Shown here: positions 42,592-55,372 of the stretch, one piece after another
How positions within the stretch are numbered: position 1 is the stretch's first letter
Layout of the letters: each line of letters opens with the position of its first letter
DNA from: Burkholderiales bacterium
GTDB lineage: Bacteria > Pseudomonadota > Gammaproteobacteria > Burkholderiales > Burkholderiaceae_C
NCBI GenBank assembly: GCA_031419535.1
Contig: JANOLA010000171.1
Coordinates: 1 to 55,372, forward strand
Direction of reading: 5' to 3'
DNA: 55,372 nucleotides
Position numbers and translations under genes: made by a program
The notes under the pieces: generated by a model
What the model was told of the DNA's origin: nothing
The model's input: only the letters and a program-made list of their open reading frames with translations
The model's database searches: none

Positions 42592-43623
42592 ATGCAGCGC
42601 CGCCAATTCATCGCCTCCACCACGGCACTGGTTGCCATCGCCAACTCCTCGGGCTTGCGCGCCCAGGCACTCGAAAAGCCGGCGTTGACGATCGCGGTGG
42701 GCGGCAAGAACCTGTTGTACTACCTGCCGCTCACGGTGGCGGAAAGCCTGGGCTACTTCAAGCACGAAGGCTTGGACGTGACGATTGCCGACTTCGCCGG
42801 CGGCTCGCGCGCATTGCAGGCGGTGGTGGGCGGCAGCGCCGATGTCGTGTCCGGCGCGTTCGAGCACACGCTCAACATGCAGGCCAAGGGCCAGGCGCTG
42901 CGCGCCTTCGTGCTGCAAGGGCGGGCGCCGCAGATCGTGTTCGGCATCAACCCGAAAACCATGCCGGACTACAAGGGCCTGGCCGATCTGAAGGGCAAGA
43001 AGATCGGCGTCACCGCGCCGGGCTCGAGCACCAACGTGATGGCCAACTTCGTGATCGCGAAGGCGGGCTTGAAGCCCAGCGATGTCAGCATCATCGGCAT
43101 CGGCGCCGGCAATGGTGCGGTGGCAGCGATGCGCTCCGGCCAAATCGACGCGATCAGCAACCTCGACCCGGTGATCACGCTGTTGCAGCGTTCGGGCGAT
43201 CTGAAAGTGATCAGTGACACGCGCATCGTCGCCGAGTCCGACAAGGTGTTCGGCGGGCCGATGCCCGCCGGCTGCCTGTACGCGCCGATGGCGTTCATCA
43301 CGAAGAACCCGGCCACCACGCAGGCCCTGGCCAACGCGATCGTGCGCGCGAACAAGTGGATCCAGGCCGCCGGCCCCGGCGACATCATCAAGGCCGTGCC
43401 CGAGAGTTATCTGCTCGGCGACCGGGCCGTCTACATCGATGCGTTCCTCGCGTGCAAGGGCGCACTGTCCGCCGACGGGATGATTCCCGAGGCGGGCGCA
43501 GCAACGGCGGTGCGCGCCCTGCAAAGCGCCGATGCGACGCTTGCCGACGTGAAGTTCGACTTGGGCACGGTATTCACGAACGACTTCGTGAAGAAGGCGA
43601 ACGCGAAGTATCCCAAGAGCTGA
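42592..43623 (+). CDS. ABC substrate-binding protein (NMT1-like, NitT/TauT family), Tat-type signal
   Basis: Internal ATG at 42592 (MQRRQFIASTTAL). Periplasmic binding profile with KGKKIGVTAPGSSTN. Confidence 0.85.
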   Translation: MQRRQFIASTTALVAIANSSGLRAQALEKPALTIAVGGKNLLYYLPLTVAESLGYFKHEGLDVTIADFAGGSRALQAVVGGSADVVSGAFEHTLNMQAKGQALRAFVLQGRAPQIVFGINPKTMPDYKGLADLKGKKIGVTAPGSSTNVMANFVIAKAGLKPSDVSIIGIGAGNGAVAAMRSGQIDAISNLDPVITLLQRSGDLKVISDTRIVAESDKVFGGPMPAGCLYAPMAFITKNPATTQALANAIVRANKWIQAAGPGDIIKAVPESYLLGDRAVYIDAFLACKGALSADGMIPEAGAATAVRALQSADATLADVKFDLGTVFTNDFVKKANAKYPKS

Positions 43624-43680
43624 AGGGGTTGAGGGCATCAAGGCCGACCCCCGGCGACTCCCGGCGACACGCAGCGAGCG

Positions 43681-44499
43681 ATGACCGCGCTTGACCCAAA
43701 CCCCCCGGCGTTGACGCTCGGCGCAGTGACTTGCACCTTCGCGGCGCGCCCGTCCGCGCAGCCGGCCTTTACGGCCGTGCGCGACGTGAGTTTGCACGTG
43801 GCGGCGGGCGAGTTCGTCAGCGTTGTCGGACCCACCGGCTGCGGCAAGAGCACCTTGCTCAATGTGGCGGCTGGGTTGCTGGAGCCGAGCTCCGGCCGCG
43901 TCGAAGTGTTCGGTGCGCCGCTCGCCGGCATCAACCGACGCGCCGGCTACATGTTCCAGACCGAGAGCCTGATGCCCTGGCGCACCGCGCTGCAAAACGT
44001 GATGGCGGGGCTGGAATTTCGCGGCGACGCCGACGCACGCAGCCAGGCCGAAGCTTGGCTCAAGCGCGTGGGCCTGGGCGGCTTTGGCGACCGCTATCCG
44101 CACCAGCTTTCCGGGGGCATGCGCAAGAGAACGTCGCTCGCACAGACGCTCGCGCTGGACCCGGACCTGATCTTGATGGACGAGCCGTTTTCGGCGTTGG
44201 ACATTCAGACGCGGCAGTTGATGGAAAACGAACTGCTCGAGATCTGGTCGCGCAAACGCAAGGCGGTGCTGTTCATCACGCACGACCTGGACGAGGCGAT
44301 TGCGCTGAGCGATCGCGTCATCGTGCTCAGCGCCGGGCCGGCGTCGCGCCCGATCGGCGAATTCGCGGTCGACCTGCCGCGCCCGCGCGACGTGGCCGAA
44401 GTGCGAACCGCGCCGCGCTTCATCGAACTGCACCGCGCGATCTGGGCGGTGCTGCGCGACGAGGTGCTCAAGGGCTACCAGCAGCAGTTGGCCGCTTGA
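43681..44499 (+). CDS. ABC transporter ATP-binding protein
   Basis: Walker [12 protein letters not shown], signature LSGGMRKR, Walker [13 protein letters not shown]. Confidence 0.9.
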   Translation: MTALDPNPPALTLGAVTCTFAARPSAQPAFTAVRDVSLHVAAGEFVSVVGPTGCGKSTLLNVAAGLLEPSSGRVEVFGAPLAGINRRAGYMFQTESLMPWRTALQNVMAGLEFRGDADARSQAEAWLKRVGLGGFGDRYPHQLSGGMRKRTSLAQTLALDPDLILMDEPFSALDIQTRQLMENELLEIWSRKRKAVLFITHDLDEAIALSDRVIVLSAGPASRPIGEFAVDLPRPRDVAEVRTAPRFIELHRAIWAVLRDEVLKGYQQQLAA

Positions 44500-44514
44500 C
44501 GGCTCCACCTCACG

Positions 44515-45348
44515 ATGGGCTTGTGGAACTTTCTTCGGCCCCGCGCGGGCAACCTGCGAGTCTGGCAGGTGGCCGTGCTTGCCGCGGTGTTCGGGCTGTG
44601 GCACCTGCTCACGACACCGGGGCTGGTGCGGCCGCTACTGTTCGAGAACGACCGCCAGGCGGCGTTCTTCTTCGGCGAACCGCTGAAGATTTTTGGCCGC
44701 ATCTGGGCCTGGTTCGTCGTCAACGCAGACATCTATCCGCACCTGTGGGTCACGCTGCTCGAGACGGCGCTGGCCTTTGCGCTCGGTACCGCGCTGGGGC
44801 TGGGCATCGGCTTGTGGCTCGCGCTGAGCCCGTTGGCCGCGGCGATTGCCGACCCCTACATCAAGGCGCTGAACAGCATGCCGCGCGTCATCCTCGCGCC
44901 GATTTTTTCGGTGTGGTTCGGGCTGGGCCTGGCGAGCAAGGTGGCGCTGGGCGTGACACTGGTTTTTTTCATCGTGTTCTTCAACGTCTACCAGGGCGTG
45001 AAGGAGGTCAGCCCGGTGGTGCTGGCCAACGCTCGCATGCTGGGCGCCTCGCGGCGCCAGCTGCTGCGCCATGTGTACCTGCCCAGCGCCACCGCCTGGG
45101 TGTTCAGTTCGCTGCACACGAGCGTCGGCCTGGCGTTCGTCGGCGCCGTCGTCGGCGAATACCTCGGTTCGTCGCGCGGCGTGGGCTACCTGATTCTTCA
45201 AGCCGAGGGCGCTTTCGACATCAACACCGTGATGGCGGGGATCCTGGTGCTGACGGCGTTCGCGCTGCTGCTTGACGCGAGTGTCAGCCGTGTCGAGCGC
45301 CGCTTGATGAAGTGGCAGCCGCGGGCCGGCGAGACGGAAAAGATCTGA
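44515..45348 (+). CDS. ABC transporter permease
   Basis: Six helices with an EAA-type loop (EVSP....[20 protein letters not shown]). Confidence 0.9.
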   Translation: MGLWNFLRPRAGNLRVWQVAVLAAVFGLWHLLTTPGLVRPLLFENDRQAAFFFGEPLKIFGRIWAWFVVNADIYPHLWVTLLETALAFALGTALGLGIGLWLALSPLAAAIADPYIKALNSMPRVILAPIFSVWFGLGLASKVALGVTLVFFIVFFNVYQGVKEVSPVVLANARMLGASRRQLLRHVYLPSATAWVFSSLHTSVGLAFVGAVVGEYLGSSRGVGYLILQAEGAFDINTVMAGILVLTAFALLLDASVSRVERRLMKWQPRAGETEKI

Positions 45349-48276
<2,928 letters not shown>

Positions 48277-48372
48277 TTGGCGTCGTGGCGAAGGCAGGCG
48301 CAAGGGCCGCGCGCCGGGCAGTGCGCCGAGCCGCTTAGACTGCGCCTGTCGCATTTCGCGCTGGAGTCCGCC

Positions 48373-48981
48373 ATGCCCTTGACCGTTGACTACTACTTTG
48401 CGCCGCAATCGCCCTATGCCTACCTCGGCCACGAGCGCTTTACCGAGCTGATTCGCGGCGCGGGAGCGATAGTCAATGTGCGGCCGATCGATCTCGGCGG
48501 CAAGATCTTCCCGATCTCCGGCGGGCTGCCGCTCGCCAAACGCGCGCCGCAGCGCCAGGCCTATCGCTTGGTCGAGCTGAAGCGCTTCAGTGAACACTTG
48601 AACCAGCCGCTGAACCTGCACCCGAAGTTTTTTCCGGTGCCCGGCGACGAGGCGGCCAAACTCATCATCGCCGTCGACGGCCAAGATGGCACTGGCGCCG
48701 CGCTCGCGCTCACCGGCGCGATTCTTCGCGGCGTGTGGGCGCAAGAGCGCAACATCGCCGACGCGAACGACCTGGCGAAGATCCTGTCGGAACAGAAGCT
48801 GCCCGAACGGCGCCTGGACGACTCGCACGCGGCGAGCGTGCAGGAGCTCTACCACGCCTACACGCAGCGTGCGATCGAGACAGGCGTGTTCGGCGCTCCG
48901 AGCTACGTGATCGACGGTGAAATTTTCTGGGGCCAGGACCGGCTCGATTTCGTGCAGCGCCGGCTGGCGCGAGGGGATTGA
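48373..48981 (+). CDS. 2-hydroxychromene-2-carboxylate isomerase / DsbA-like protein (paralog of 36809-37414)
   Basis: Internal ATG at 48373. Motifs are YYFAPQSPY.YLG and GVFGAPSYVIDGEIFWGQDRL. Confidence 0.9.
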   Translation: MPLTVDYYFAPQSPYAYLGHERFTELIRGAGAIVNVRPIDLGGKIFPISGGLPLAKRAPQRQAYRLVELKRFSEHLNQPLNLHPKFFPVPGDEAAKLIIAVDGQDGTGAALALTGAILRGVWAQERNIADANDLAKILSEQKLPERRLDDSHAASVQELYHAYTQRAIETGVFGAPSYVIDGEIFWGQDRLDFVQRRLARGD

Positions 48982-48984
48982 GGC

Positions 48985-49665
48985 ATGCAAGAACGATTGG
49001 AGTTGATCGCGGCCGACGGCCACCGTTTGGCCGCGAACCTGGCGCTGCCCAAGACCAAGGCGCGCGGCGCGCTGGTCGTGGTGCAAGAGATCTTCGGCGT
49101 CAATTCGCACATCCGCGCCGTCGCGGACGGCTTTGCGGCTGACGGCTACCTGGTCGTCGCGCCCGCCCTGTTCGACCGAGTCGAGCGCAGCGTCGAACTC
49201 GGATACGACGCGGCGGACATTGCGCGTGGCCGCGCGCTGAAAGACGCCAGCCCCACCGACAAGGCGCTGCTCGACCTGCAGGCGGCCGTGGCCGCAGCGC
49301 GCGCGCGGCTCGGGCCGAACGGGCGCGTGGGCATGGTGGGCTACTGCTGGGGCGGGCTGCTGAGCTGGCTCGCCGCGTGCGAACTCGACGGAATTGCCGC
49401 CAGCGTGCCGTACTACGGCGGCGGCATTCCCGATCACGCGGCGCGGGCGCCGCGCTGCCCGGTGCTGGCGCATTTCGGCGAGCGCGATGCGCTGATTCCG
49501 ATGGCAGGTGTCGAAGAATTACGCCGCCTGTACCCCGGCATCACGGTTCAGCTGTACCCGGCCGGCCACGGCTTCAATTGCGACCAGCGCGGCTCGTTCG
49601 ACGCAGCCAGCGCGACCTTGGCGCGCCAACGAAGCTTGGCGTTCTTTCGAGAGCATGTCGGCTGA
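48985..49665 (+). CDS. dienelactone hydrolase family protein
   Basis: Motifs are [11 protein letters not shown] and the nucleophile elbow GYCWGG, at a typical DLH length. Confidence 0.9.
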   Translation: MQERLELIAADGHRLAANLALPKTKARGALVVVQEIFGVNSHIRAVADGFAADGYLVVAPALFDRVERSVELGYDAADIARGRALKDASPTDKALLDLQAAVAAARARLGPNGRVGMVGYCWGGLLSWLAACELDGIAASVPYYGGGIPDHAARAPRCPVLAHFGERDALIPMAGVEELRRLYPGITVQLYPAGHGFNCDQRGSFDAASATLARQRSLAFFREHVG

Positions 49666-50554
49666 GCTGAGCCCGCGCGTGACAACCACGCTACGCTGTC
49701 TCGGCGTCGCCTGGCTGGCCGCGCTGGCCTTGAACACGTTCGCTGAGCCTTACCGCGGACCGCTGTTCGACGCCCACCTGCACTACAACGACGAGGCGTG
49801 GCAGTCCGCGCACCCCGTCGCCGACGCGCTCGGGCGCATGCAGCGCAGCGGCGTGCGCGCGATCGTCGCGAACAGCCGGCCCAACGACGGCACGAAGACG
49901 CTCGCCGCAGCGCGCGAGCTGACCCAGGCGGCCGGCGTGACGGTGGTGCCGTTCATTCGCCTGTACCGCAACCGTGCCGACTACAACTCGTGGTTCCAGG
50001 ACGAGAGCATCTACCAGATGGTGCTGAGCGAAATCAGCTCCGGTACGCCGGCCGGGCCCTACCGGGGCCTGGGCGAATTTCATCTCTACGACAGCGCCAA
50101 TGCGAACGGCCCTGTGGCGCGCAAGCTGATGCAACTCGCGCAGGACAAGGGCCTGGCGGTGCTGGCCCATGTGGATGACGTGGCGATCGACCTGCTGATG
50201 GCGCCTGCACCGAACGCGCGGCTGATCTGGGCGCACAGCAGCATCGGCGGAGCGCCGGTAAGCCGGCTGCGCGAGCTGCTGCGCCGCTATCCGCTGCTGA
50301 TGGGCGAGTTGTCGTACCGGCCGGGCTTGACGCAAGGCAGCGGCCGGCTCAGCGCTGAGTGGAAGCTGCTTCTGAGTGAGTTTCCGGCCCGCTTCATGGT
50401 CGGCTCGGACACCTGGGTCAACCAGCGCTGGCAGGGCTATGAAGCCTTGATGCAAGAGGCGCGCGAATGGCTAGGTGACCTTGACCCCGCGATCGCGAAA
50501 CGCATCGCCTGGGACAACGGCGCGGCGCTGTTCGGTTTGCCCACACCGCGCTGA
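49655..50554 (+). CDS. amidohydrolase-2-type (TIM-barrel metal-dependent) hydrolase with signal peptide
   Basis: Internal ATG at 49655. Signal-like N-terminus followed by the FDAHLHY metal-binding motif. Overlaps the DLH end by 11 nt. Confidence 0.8.
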   Translation: MSAELSPRVTTTLRCLGVAWLAALALNTFAEPYRGPLFDAHLHYNDEAWQSAHPVADALGRMQRSGVRAIVANSRPNDGTKTLAAARELTQAAGVTVVPFIRLYRNRADYNSWFQDESIYQMVLSEISSGTPAGPYRGLGEFHLYDSANANGPVARKLMQLAQDKGLAVLAHVDDVAIDLLMAPAPNARLIWAHSSIGGAPVSRLRELLRRYPLLMGELSYRPGLTQGSGRLSAEWKLLLSEFPARFMVGSDTWVNQRWQGYEALMQEAREWLGDLDPAIAKRIAWDNGAALFGLPTPR

Positions 50555-50617
50555 GCTTCACCGTTCGCGCCGCGGGCGGGCGCAATCCGAGGCCAAACAC
50601 GAGGCGAATCCGAGGCG

Positions 50618-50643
50618 AAAAAAAGCCGGCGTCGCGCGCCGGC
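50618..50643 (-). terminator. Rho-independent terminator of the SWIB gene
   Basis: On the minus strand: GCCGGCG-CGCGA-CGCCGGC followed by TTTTTTT. It lies 21 nt downstream of the stop at 50664. Confidence 0.75.
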
Positions 50644-50663
50644 TTGCAGCTAAGCCTTGCGGC

Positions 50664-51083
50664 TTACTTCAGATGCGCGTTGATCAGCTTGGTCATCTCG
50701 AACATCGAGACTTGCGCCTTCTTGAAGATTTCCTTCAGCTTGGCGTCGGCATTGATCATCGTGCGCTTCGTCGCGTCTTGCAGGCTGTTTTTCTTGATGT
50801 AGTCCCACACCTTCTTCGTCACTTCAGTGCGGGGCATCGGGTTCGCACCGATCACCGCGGCCAGCATCGCGCTCGGCGTCATCGGCTTCATGAAGGCGGC
50901 GTTCGGGGTGCGCTTCTTCGCTGGAGCCTTCGCCTTTTTCGCTGCCGCCTTCTTGGCCGGAGCCTTCTTGGCCGGAGCCTTCTTCGCTGCCGCCTTCTTG
51001 GCCGGAGCCTTTTTCGCTGCCGCCTTCTTGGCCGGGGCCTTCTTCGCTGCTGCTTTCTTCGCAGCCTTCTTCGCAGTTGCCAT
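50664..51083 (-). CDS. histone-H1-like (AKKA-repeat) / SWIB-MDM2 domain fusion protein
   Basis: The N-terminal roughly 55 aa are AKKAAAKKAP-type repeats. The C-terminal part (P....LA.V.G......R.EV.KK.W.YIK...LQD....R.I..D.KL..IF) matches the SWIB fold signature. Confidence 0.9.
   Translation of the reverse strand: MATAKKAAKKAAAKKAPAKKAAAKKAPAKKAAAKKAPAKKAPAKKAAAKKAKAPAKKRTPNAAFMKPMTPSAMLAAVIGANPMPRTEVTKKVWDYIKKNSLQDATKRTMINADAKLKEIFKKAQVSMFEMTKLINAHLK
50935..51067. repeat. in-frame tandem repeat (about 30-nt unit, roughly four copies) encoding the AKKA tract
   Basis: Near-identical units TT(C/T)TTCGCTGCCGCCTTCTTGGCCGG(A/G)GCC are read directly from the plus strand. Confidence 0.8.
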
Positions 51084-51298
51084 GTCAATTCACTCCATCA
51101 AGTAGGTTGTTGATGTGCTCGGGTTGGGCGAGAGCCGCATGGGTTCTCATTTCTCCATAGCACCGTGCGGGGCGAATGGTACTGCGTGAATGCGCGGTTG
51201 CAAAGCGGTTTTCACTCTGAAAGCACGCAATTCTTCGAGGAGAGAGGCGCTTTTGTCGCGCTCACGCGTCAACGCGGGTCTCGAATCGCGATCGCGCT
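51084..51298. promoter_or_regulatory. divergent promoter region, visibly less GC-rich than its surroundings
   Basis: 215-nt spacer between divergent start codons at 51083 (-) and 51299 (+). It contains AT-rich stretches (tcaattcactccatcaagtaggttgttgatg). Confidence 0.4.
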
Positions 51299-51670
51299 AT
51301 GCTGCGCGGCATGTTGAAAATCCTGCTCCGCTGGCTGCTGCTCGCCTGTGCGCTGTTGCTCGTGGCGAACCTCTACCCCGGGGTCGTCGTCAAGAATTTC
51401 GGTGCCGCGATGCTCGCGGCGCTCGTGCTCGGCCTGCTCAATTCGCTGCTGCGGCCGGTGCTCGTGCTGCTGACGCTGCCGGTCACGCTGCTGACGCTCG
51501 GCCTGTTCTTGTTCGTCATCAACGCGCTGATGTTCTACTTCGCCGCCCATTTGCTCGACGGCCTGCAAGTGGCCGGCTTCTCCGCGGCCTTGCTGGGCTC
51601 GCTGATCTACAGCCTGTGCGGCATGGTGATCGACACCGCGATCGAACGGCTTTTCGCGCCGCGCCGCTGA
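51299..51670 (+). CDS. small four-helix membrane protein (PF04020-like; often labelled 'phage holin family')
   Basis: 123 aa with four hydrophobic helices and the motif LLNSLLRP.L..LTLP.T..TLGLF..VINAL. Confidence 0.8.
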   Translation: MLRGMLKILLRWLLLACALLLVANLYPGVVVKNFGAAMLAALVLGLLNSLLRPVLVLLTLPVTLLTLGLFLFVINALMFYFAAHLLDGLQVAGFSAALLGSLIYSLCGMVIDTAIERLFAPRR

Positions 51671-51720
51671 CCGTCGACATTGGCCCGGGCCTGAATGGCT
51701 GGGCGCCGCATGCGCCCGGT

Positions 51721-53334
51721 TCAACGATTCTCAGTCGCGGCGCGCTCGTCGGCGGCGATCTGCCGCCGCTGGCCTTCGACGTCGCGCAGACGCGCGTCGA
51801 TCACGGACGCTTCGATGAAATCGATGTTGCCGCCGGCGCGAACGCTGCGCTGTGCGGCACGCAAACGATCGGCCGCGCCATTCAGATCCCCCAGCGCAAG
51901 GCGCACCTCGGCTTCGGCGCGCATCGCCCGCAGCGGCTGACCGAGCCGCCCCCAGGCCTGGCCCAGCAGGGTCCAGGCGGCGGCATCGCGCGGGTGCAGC
52001 GCGAGCCAGGTCTGCAGCGGGTCGACGTTTCGTTTCAGCGCCGCTGCGGCATCGCCGGTCGCGCCAGTCGCGCCGGTCGCTGCGGAATTCGCCAGCGCCA
52101 CCTGCGCCTCGAGCAGCATCACGGGGCGCGACGGAGTTTCGGAAAACGGTTTGAGCACGGCGGCAGCACGAGCTGTGTCGCCGCGCGCGAACAGGGATTG
52201 CGCGACGAGCAATCCGATGGTGCGTGCGGCTCGGGGCTCACCGGGCTGGGCCGCCGCGAGGCCGAGCGCTTGGTTCAATGCGCTGTCGGCGCGAGCCCAG
52301 TCGCGAAGCAGTGTCGACGCCAATGCGCTGCTGTAGACGGCGGCAAGGCGCTCGCTCGGTGTGCTGCCGGTGCGGTCGGCGTCCATCGCCTGCCAGCGCC
52401 GCAGGGCGTCGACGCGGCTGTCCATCAGCACGCGTGCACGCGCCTGGGCCAGCCCATGCTCCAGGGCGCTGCCCGGCTGCGCCGCTGGGCCCGTGCCGAG
52501 CCGGGCTCGCGCCTCGCCGATGCGCTCTGAACTCAGCGGGTGGCTGCGCAGGTAGGGGTAGGCACCGCTGTCGTTCAGGCGTGACGACTGGTCGAGCTTC
52601 TCGAACATCGCGGCCATGCCGGCAGGCGCGAAACCCGCGCCGGTGAGCAGCGCGAAGCCGATGCGGTCTGCCTCGCGCTCCATGTCGCGCGAGAAATTCA
52701 GTTGGCCCTGGATCGCTGCCGCCTGACCGCCGACGATCAAGGCGTTTGCCGCGTCGGCGGAGTTGCTGCGTGCCGCGGCCAACACGCCCAGGATCAGCGC
52801 CGCCGCGCCGATCAGAGACTGGCGCTTGCCCACGGCGATGCTGCGCGCGATGTGGCGCTGCGTGACGTGCGACAGCTCATGCGCCAGCACCGACGCGAGC
52901 TCGTCGCGGCTTGTCGTCAGCGCGATCAAGCCGAGGTAGACGCCGATATAGCCACCGGGCAGTGCGAACGCATTGATCGCCCGGTCGCGCACCAGGAACG
53001 GCTCCCACGCGAAGCGCTGGTCGAGGTCGGCGGGGATGTTTCCGTTGGCACGCGCCTGCGCGAGCAGCGGCTGCCACAGCGACTCGATGTATTCGAGCAG
53101 CACGGGATCGTCGAGGTAATCAGGGTCGCGCCGGATTTCGCGCATCACCTGGTCGCCGAGTTTGCGTTCGGTGCCGATGCCGAAGTCTTCCGATTCCGTG
53201 TCCCCCAGCGCCGGCAGGTTGATTTGCGCAACGGCCGGTGCGGCGGTCGCCGCCGCCATCAAGCCGGCGCATATGGCCGCGAGCCAGCGATGGCGCCGGG
53301 GGCGGTGGGAGCGAGGACGGGGCGTGGCGGACAC
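51721..53334 (-). CDS. bepA: M48 metalloprotease with C-terminal TPR region (BepA/YfgC-like beta-barrel assembly-enhancing protease)
   Basis: Signal peptide, INAFALPGG, the zinc motif HELSHVTQRH and a helical-repeat C-terminus. Confidence 0.85.
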   Translation of the reverse strand: MSATPRPRSHRPRRHRWLAAICAGLMAAATAAPAVAQINLPALGDTESEDFGIGTERKLGDQVMREIRRDPDYLDDPVLLEYIESLWQPLLAQARANGNIPADLDQRFAWEPFLVRDRAINAFALPGGYIGVYLGLIALTTSRDELASVLAHELSHVTQRHIARSIAVGKRQSLIGAAALILGVLAAARSNSADAANALIVGGQAAAIQGQLNFSRDMEREADRIGFALLTGAGFAPAGMAAMFEKLDQSSRLNDSGAYPYLRSHPLSSERIGEARARLGTGPAAQPGSALEHGLAQARARVLMDSRVDALRRWQAMDADRTGSTPSERLAAVYSSALASTLLRDWARADSALNQALGLAAAQPGEPRAARTIGLLVAQSLFARGDTARAAAVLKPFSETPSRPVMLLEAQVALANSAATGATGATGDAAAALKRNVDPLQTWLALHPRDAAAWTLLGQAWGRLGQPLRAMRAEAEVRLALGDLNGAADRLRAAQRSVRAGGNIDFIEASVIDARLRDVEGQRRQIAADERAATENR

Positions 53335-53458
53335 GACGGTTCAGATGGGTTGAAGGTGGACGACGCTGCGCGCTGCAGGTCGGCGCGGGTCGGGACGGCC
53401 CCCCGTTGGGTGGTGCGACCCAGCAGCGTGGCTATCATGCCGCACATTCGTTTCCCGC

Positions 53459-53980
53459 ATGTTTCCAGCCATGTCCCAAGCCCCTGACTCGCCGCTCACG
53501 CACTTCGACGCCCAGGGCCAGGCGCACATGGTCGATGTGTCCGCGAAAGCCGAAACGCACCGAACCGCGCGCGCCAGTGGCGTGATTCGCATGCTGCCGG
53601 CGACGCTGGCGCTGATCGAGTCGGGAAACTCGAAGAAGGGTGACGTGATCAGCGTGGCGCGCATCGCGGCGATTCAGGCGGCGAAGCGAACCTCGGAGCT
53701 GATTCCACTGTGCCACCCCCTGCCGATCACGCGTGTCGCGGTGGAATTCGAGATCGACAGTGCAGGCTCAGCGGTGCGGTGCACGGCGCAGGTCGAGACA
53801 CTGGGCCGAACCGGCGTCGAGATGGAAGCCTTGACCGCGGTGCAGATCGGCTTGCTGACCGTCTACGACATGTGCAAGGCCGCGGACCGCGGCATGGTGA
53901 TGGGCGAGATTCGTGTGCTCGAGAAGCACGGGGGCAAGTCGGGTGACTGGGTCGCGGCGGGCGTTAGCGGAAATCCTTGA
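53459..53980 (+). CDS. moaC: cyclic pyranopterin monophosphate synthase
   Basis: Motifs are MVDVS.K..T.R.A, KGDV...[18 protein letters not shown] and GVEMEALTA......T.YDMCKA. Start could be 53471. Confidence 0.95.
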   Translation: MFPAMSQAPDSPLTHFDAQGQAHMVDVSAKAETHRTARASGVIRMLPATLALIESGNSKKGDVISVARIAAIQAAKRTSELIPLCHPLPITRVAVEFEIDSAGSAVRCTAQVETLGRTGVEMEALTAVQIGLLTVYDMCKAADRGMVMGEIRVLEKHGGKSGDWVAAGVSGNP

Positions 53981-55372
53981 ACGTGAATTTGCGCTGGGGC
54001 GGGGAGCATTGGTATGGCTTGTCGGCGAACGCCACCGCCGCGTCCTTGCACGGCGCGAAGTAACCCTCCGCCTGCGGATTGCGAAACTCTTTCAGGCGCG
54101 CTGCAACGTACTTGGCGCGCTCGGTGTCCCCGGTGGCGTGAAGCGCATTTGCCCAGGCCATCATCAGGCGTGTATCGAGAAGGTAGTGGGCGGCGCGCTG
54201 TGCGGCCGCCAACGCGATCTGCGGGTCTTCAGAGGTCGTTGCCGCAGCGTAGTCGGCATGGTGCGAAAAGAACACGCTGCGTTGGCCATCGGCAATGCGC
54301 TGCGTGAGCGGCGCTGCGTTTGCGGGTGGGGCGAAGATGACCACCACGGACAGGTAGTCGAAGATTGAATAGGCCGAGCCGAGGATCAACAAAACAGCGC
54401 TGGCGCGAAAGGGCCATGCCTGACGCCTTGCCGGCGTTGCCACAGGTGAACTCGGGGGGTCGATCGGGTTGCCGAGACACACCCCAAGCGCGAACGCAGC
54501 GGGCAGCAAGAAGTATGCGTACCACAGCGGGTATTCGAGCATGCTGTGCATGAGGATCAGCAGCACCATTACGAACGCGGCTCGCTGCGGCGAGGCGGGG
54601 TCGCTGCCGCTCACAGGCTGCAGGCAATTGCGCGCTGCGCGCACGACGGCCCAACCCAGCAACCCCAAGACAATGCCCGCAAGCGGCAAGCCGAGTTCGA
54701 CTGCGAACTGAAGTGGAAGATTGTGGGTGTGGTCGAAGAACGCCACCGGCCTGTTCGGAAACTCCGTGAGCGTCCACGCGAAATTGAACTCGCCGAAACC
54801 GACGCCACTCAAGGGGTATTCCTTGATGAGTTCAAGGGTGTTTGCCCAAATGCCGAAGCGTGAGCTCGAGACATCGCCGTCCATGCTGAATCGGCCGGCG
54901 CCGCCGAAGGCCCGATGGCTGTGCTCAGCCCAGGACGTTGCGCCGAACCAGAACAAGCCGTAGGCCAACGGCGAGACAAGCAGCGCGCAGCGCGTTGATT
55001 TCGCCAGACGGCTGTCCAGCAAGCCCCACAGCGCGAGCAGCAGCGTGCCGAGGAATCCGCTGCGCGAACCGCTCAGTACGACGACGATCAGCATCAGCAT
55101 CGCGAGGGCGATACTCAGCGAGCGGCGCATTGCACGCGCCTCAGCCAGCCACAGAACGGCGACGATGGCCGACAGCAACAAGCTGCATAGGTGATTCGAC
55201 TGGCGCAAATTGCCGACAGCACGGCCGTCGACAGTGGCGCGCGCGACCCATCCTCCGTCGGGCCACGCGGGAGCAAGAATCTGAATAAGTCCGATCACGC
55301 CGCTCGCCAGCCCGGTGCAGACGAGTGCGACGCAAAACGTCCGGAACAACGTGTCCGCCCGACCCACCCAGG
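53964..55372 (-). CDS. O-antigen-ligase/PglL-type (Wzy_C) membrane protein with C-terminal soluble domain; 5' end outside window
   Basis: The ORF is open to the right window edge. It has multiple TM helices, the Wzy_C loop [18 protein letters not shown] and a C-terminal helical domain (..ARLKEFRNP). It overlaps the moaC 3' end by 17 nt (convergent). Confidence 0.8.
   Translation of the reverse strand, partial: WVGRADTLFRTFCVALVCTGLASGVIGLIQILAPAWPDGGWVARATVDGRAVGNLRQSNHLCSLLLSAIVAVLWLAEARAMRRSLSIALAMLMLIVVVLSGSRSGFLGTLLLALWGLLDSRLAKSTRCALLVSPLAYGLFWFGATSWAEHSHRAFGGAGRFSMDGDVSSSRFGIWANTLELIKEYPLSGVGFGEFNFAWTLTEFPNRPVAFFDHTHNLPLQFAVELGLPLAGIVLGLLGWAVVRAARNCLQPVSGSDPASPQRAAFVMVLLILMHSMLEYPLWYAYFLLPAAFALGVCLGNPIDPPSSPVATPARRQAWPFRASAVLLILGSAYSIFDYLSVVVIFAPPANAAPLTQRIADGQRSVFFSHHADYAAATTSEDPQIALAAAQRAAHYLLDTRLMMAWANALHATGDTERAKYVAARLKEFRNPQAEGYFAPCKDAAVAFADKPYQCSPPQRKFTFKDFR

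Noticed and set aside
42556-44604. 682-aa minus-strand ORF.
   Set aside because: It is antisense to the binding-protein and ATPase genes of the second ABC system, which have clear Walker A/B and signature motifs. It is a shadow ORF.
50935-51067. Regularly spaced 30-nt repeats that could be mistaken for a CRISPR array or minisatellite.
   Set aside because: The repeats are contiguous with no unique spacers. They are in frame and encode the AKKA tract of the SWIB fusion protein.
51299-51670. A 'phage holin family' type membrane protein as evidence of a prophage or lysis cassette.
   Set aside because: No endolysin, spanin, integrase or structural genes are nearby. This small four-helix family is widespread in chromosomal housekeeping contexts.

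Overview
This is a very GC-rich, gene-dense chromosomal segment. Its protein repertoire looks like a Burkholderiales-type betaproteobacterium, but that is an inference from family recognition because no search was run. I support about 48 protein-coding genes and discard most of the six-frame track as high-GC shadow ORFs. I saw no rRNA, tRNA, CRISPR array, transposase, integrase or prophage block.

Content from left to right:
- An acid-sugar or organic-acid cluster: IlvD/Edd dehydratase fragment, RraA-like aldolase, MmgE/PrpD and an Ldh2-type oxidoreductase.
- A 1616-aa CHASE-PAS hybrid histidine kinase with an Hpt domain, translationally coupled to a REC-GGDEF diguanylate cyclase.
- Convergent to that, a tightly coupled five-gene operon: REC-only regulator, YaiO-like outer-membrane barrel, membrane-anchored HEAT-repeat protein, processive GT2 synthase and a PAS histidine kinase.
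- Acyl-CoA metabolism genes: crotonases, a feruloyl-CoA-synthase-like ligase, thioesterases, a CaiB transferase, FadH and an FAD oxidoreductase.
- Two NitT/TauT-type ABC importers and two DMT/EamA transporters.
- An SRAP (YedK-like) gene and an orphan ParA-like ATPase preceded by a long structured non-coding spacer.
- A trypsin-like protease, FHA membrane protein and SDR triplet.
- uvrA, a histone-H1-like/SWIB fusion, a BepA-like M48 protease, moaC and a truncated PglL/O-antigen-ligase-like gene.

The best candidate for an undescribed system is the RR-YaiO-HEAT-GT2-HK operon (10191-15938). I read it as a minimal synthase-dependent exopolysaccharide machine with its own two-component switch. 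It lies next to a c-di-GMP-producing phosphorelay and is interrupted by a striking 93-nt triple-hairpin element that includes a perfect 40-nt palindrome.

All family calls come from motif and pattern recognition by eye. Start codons are best guesses.
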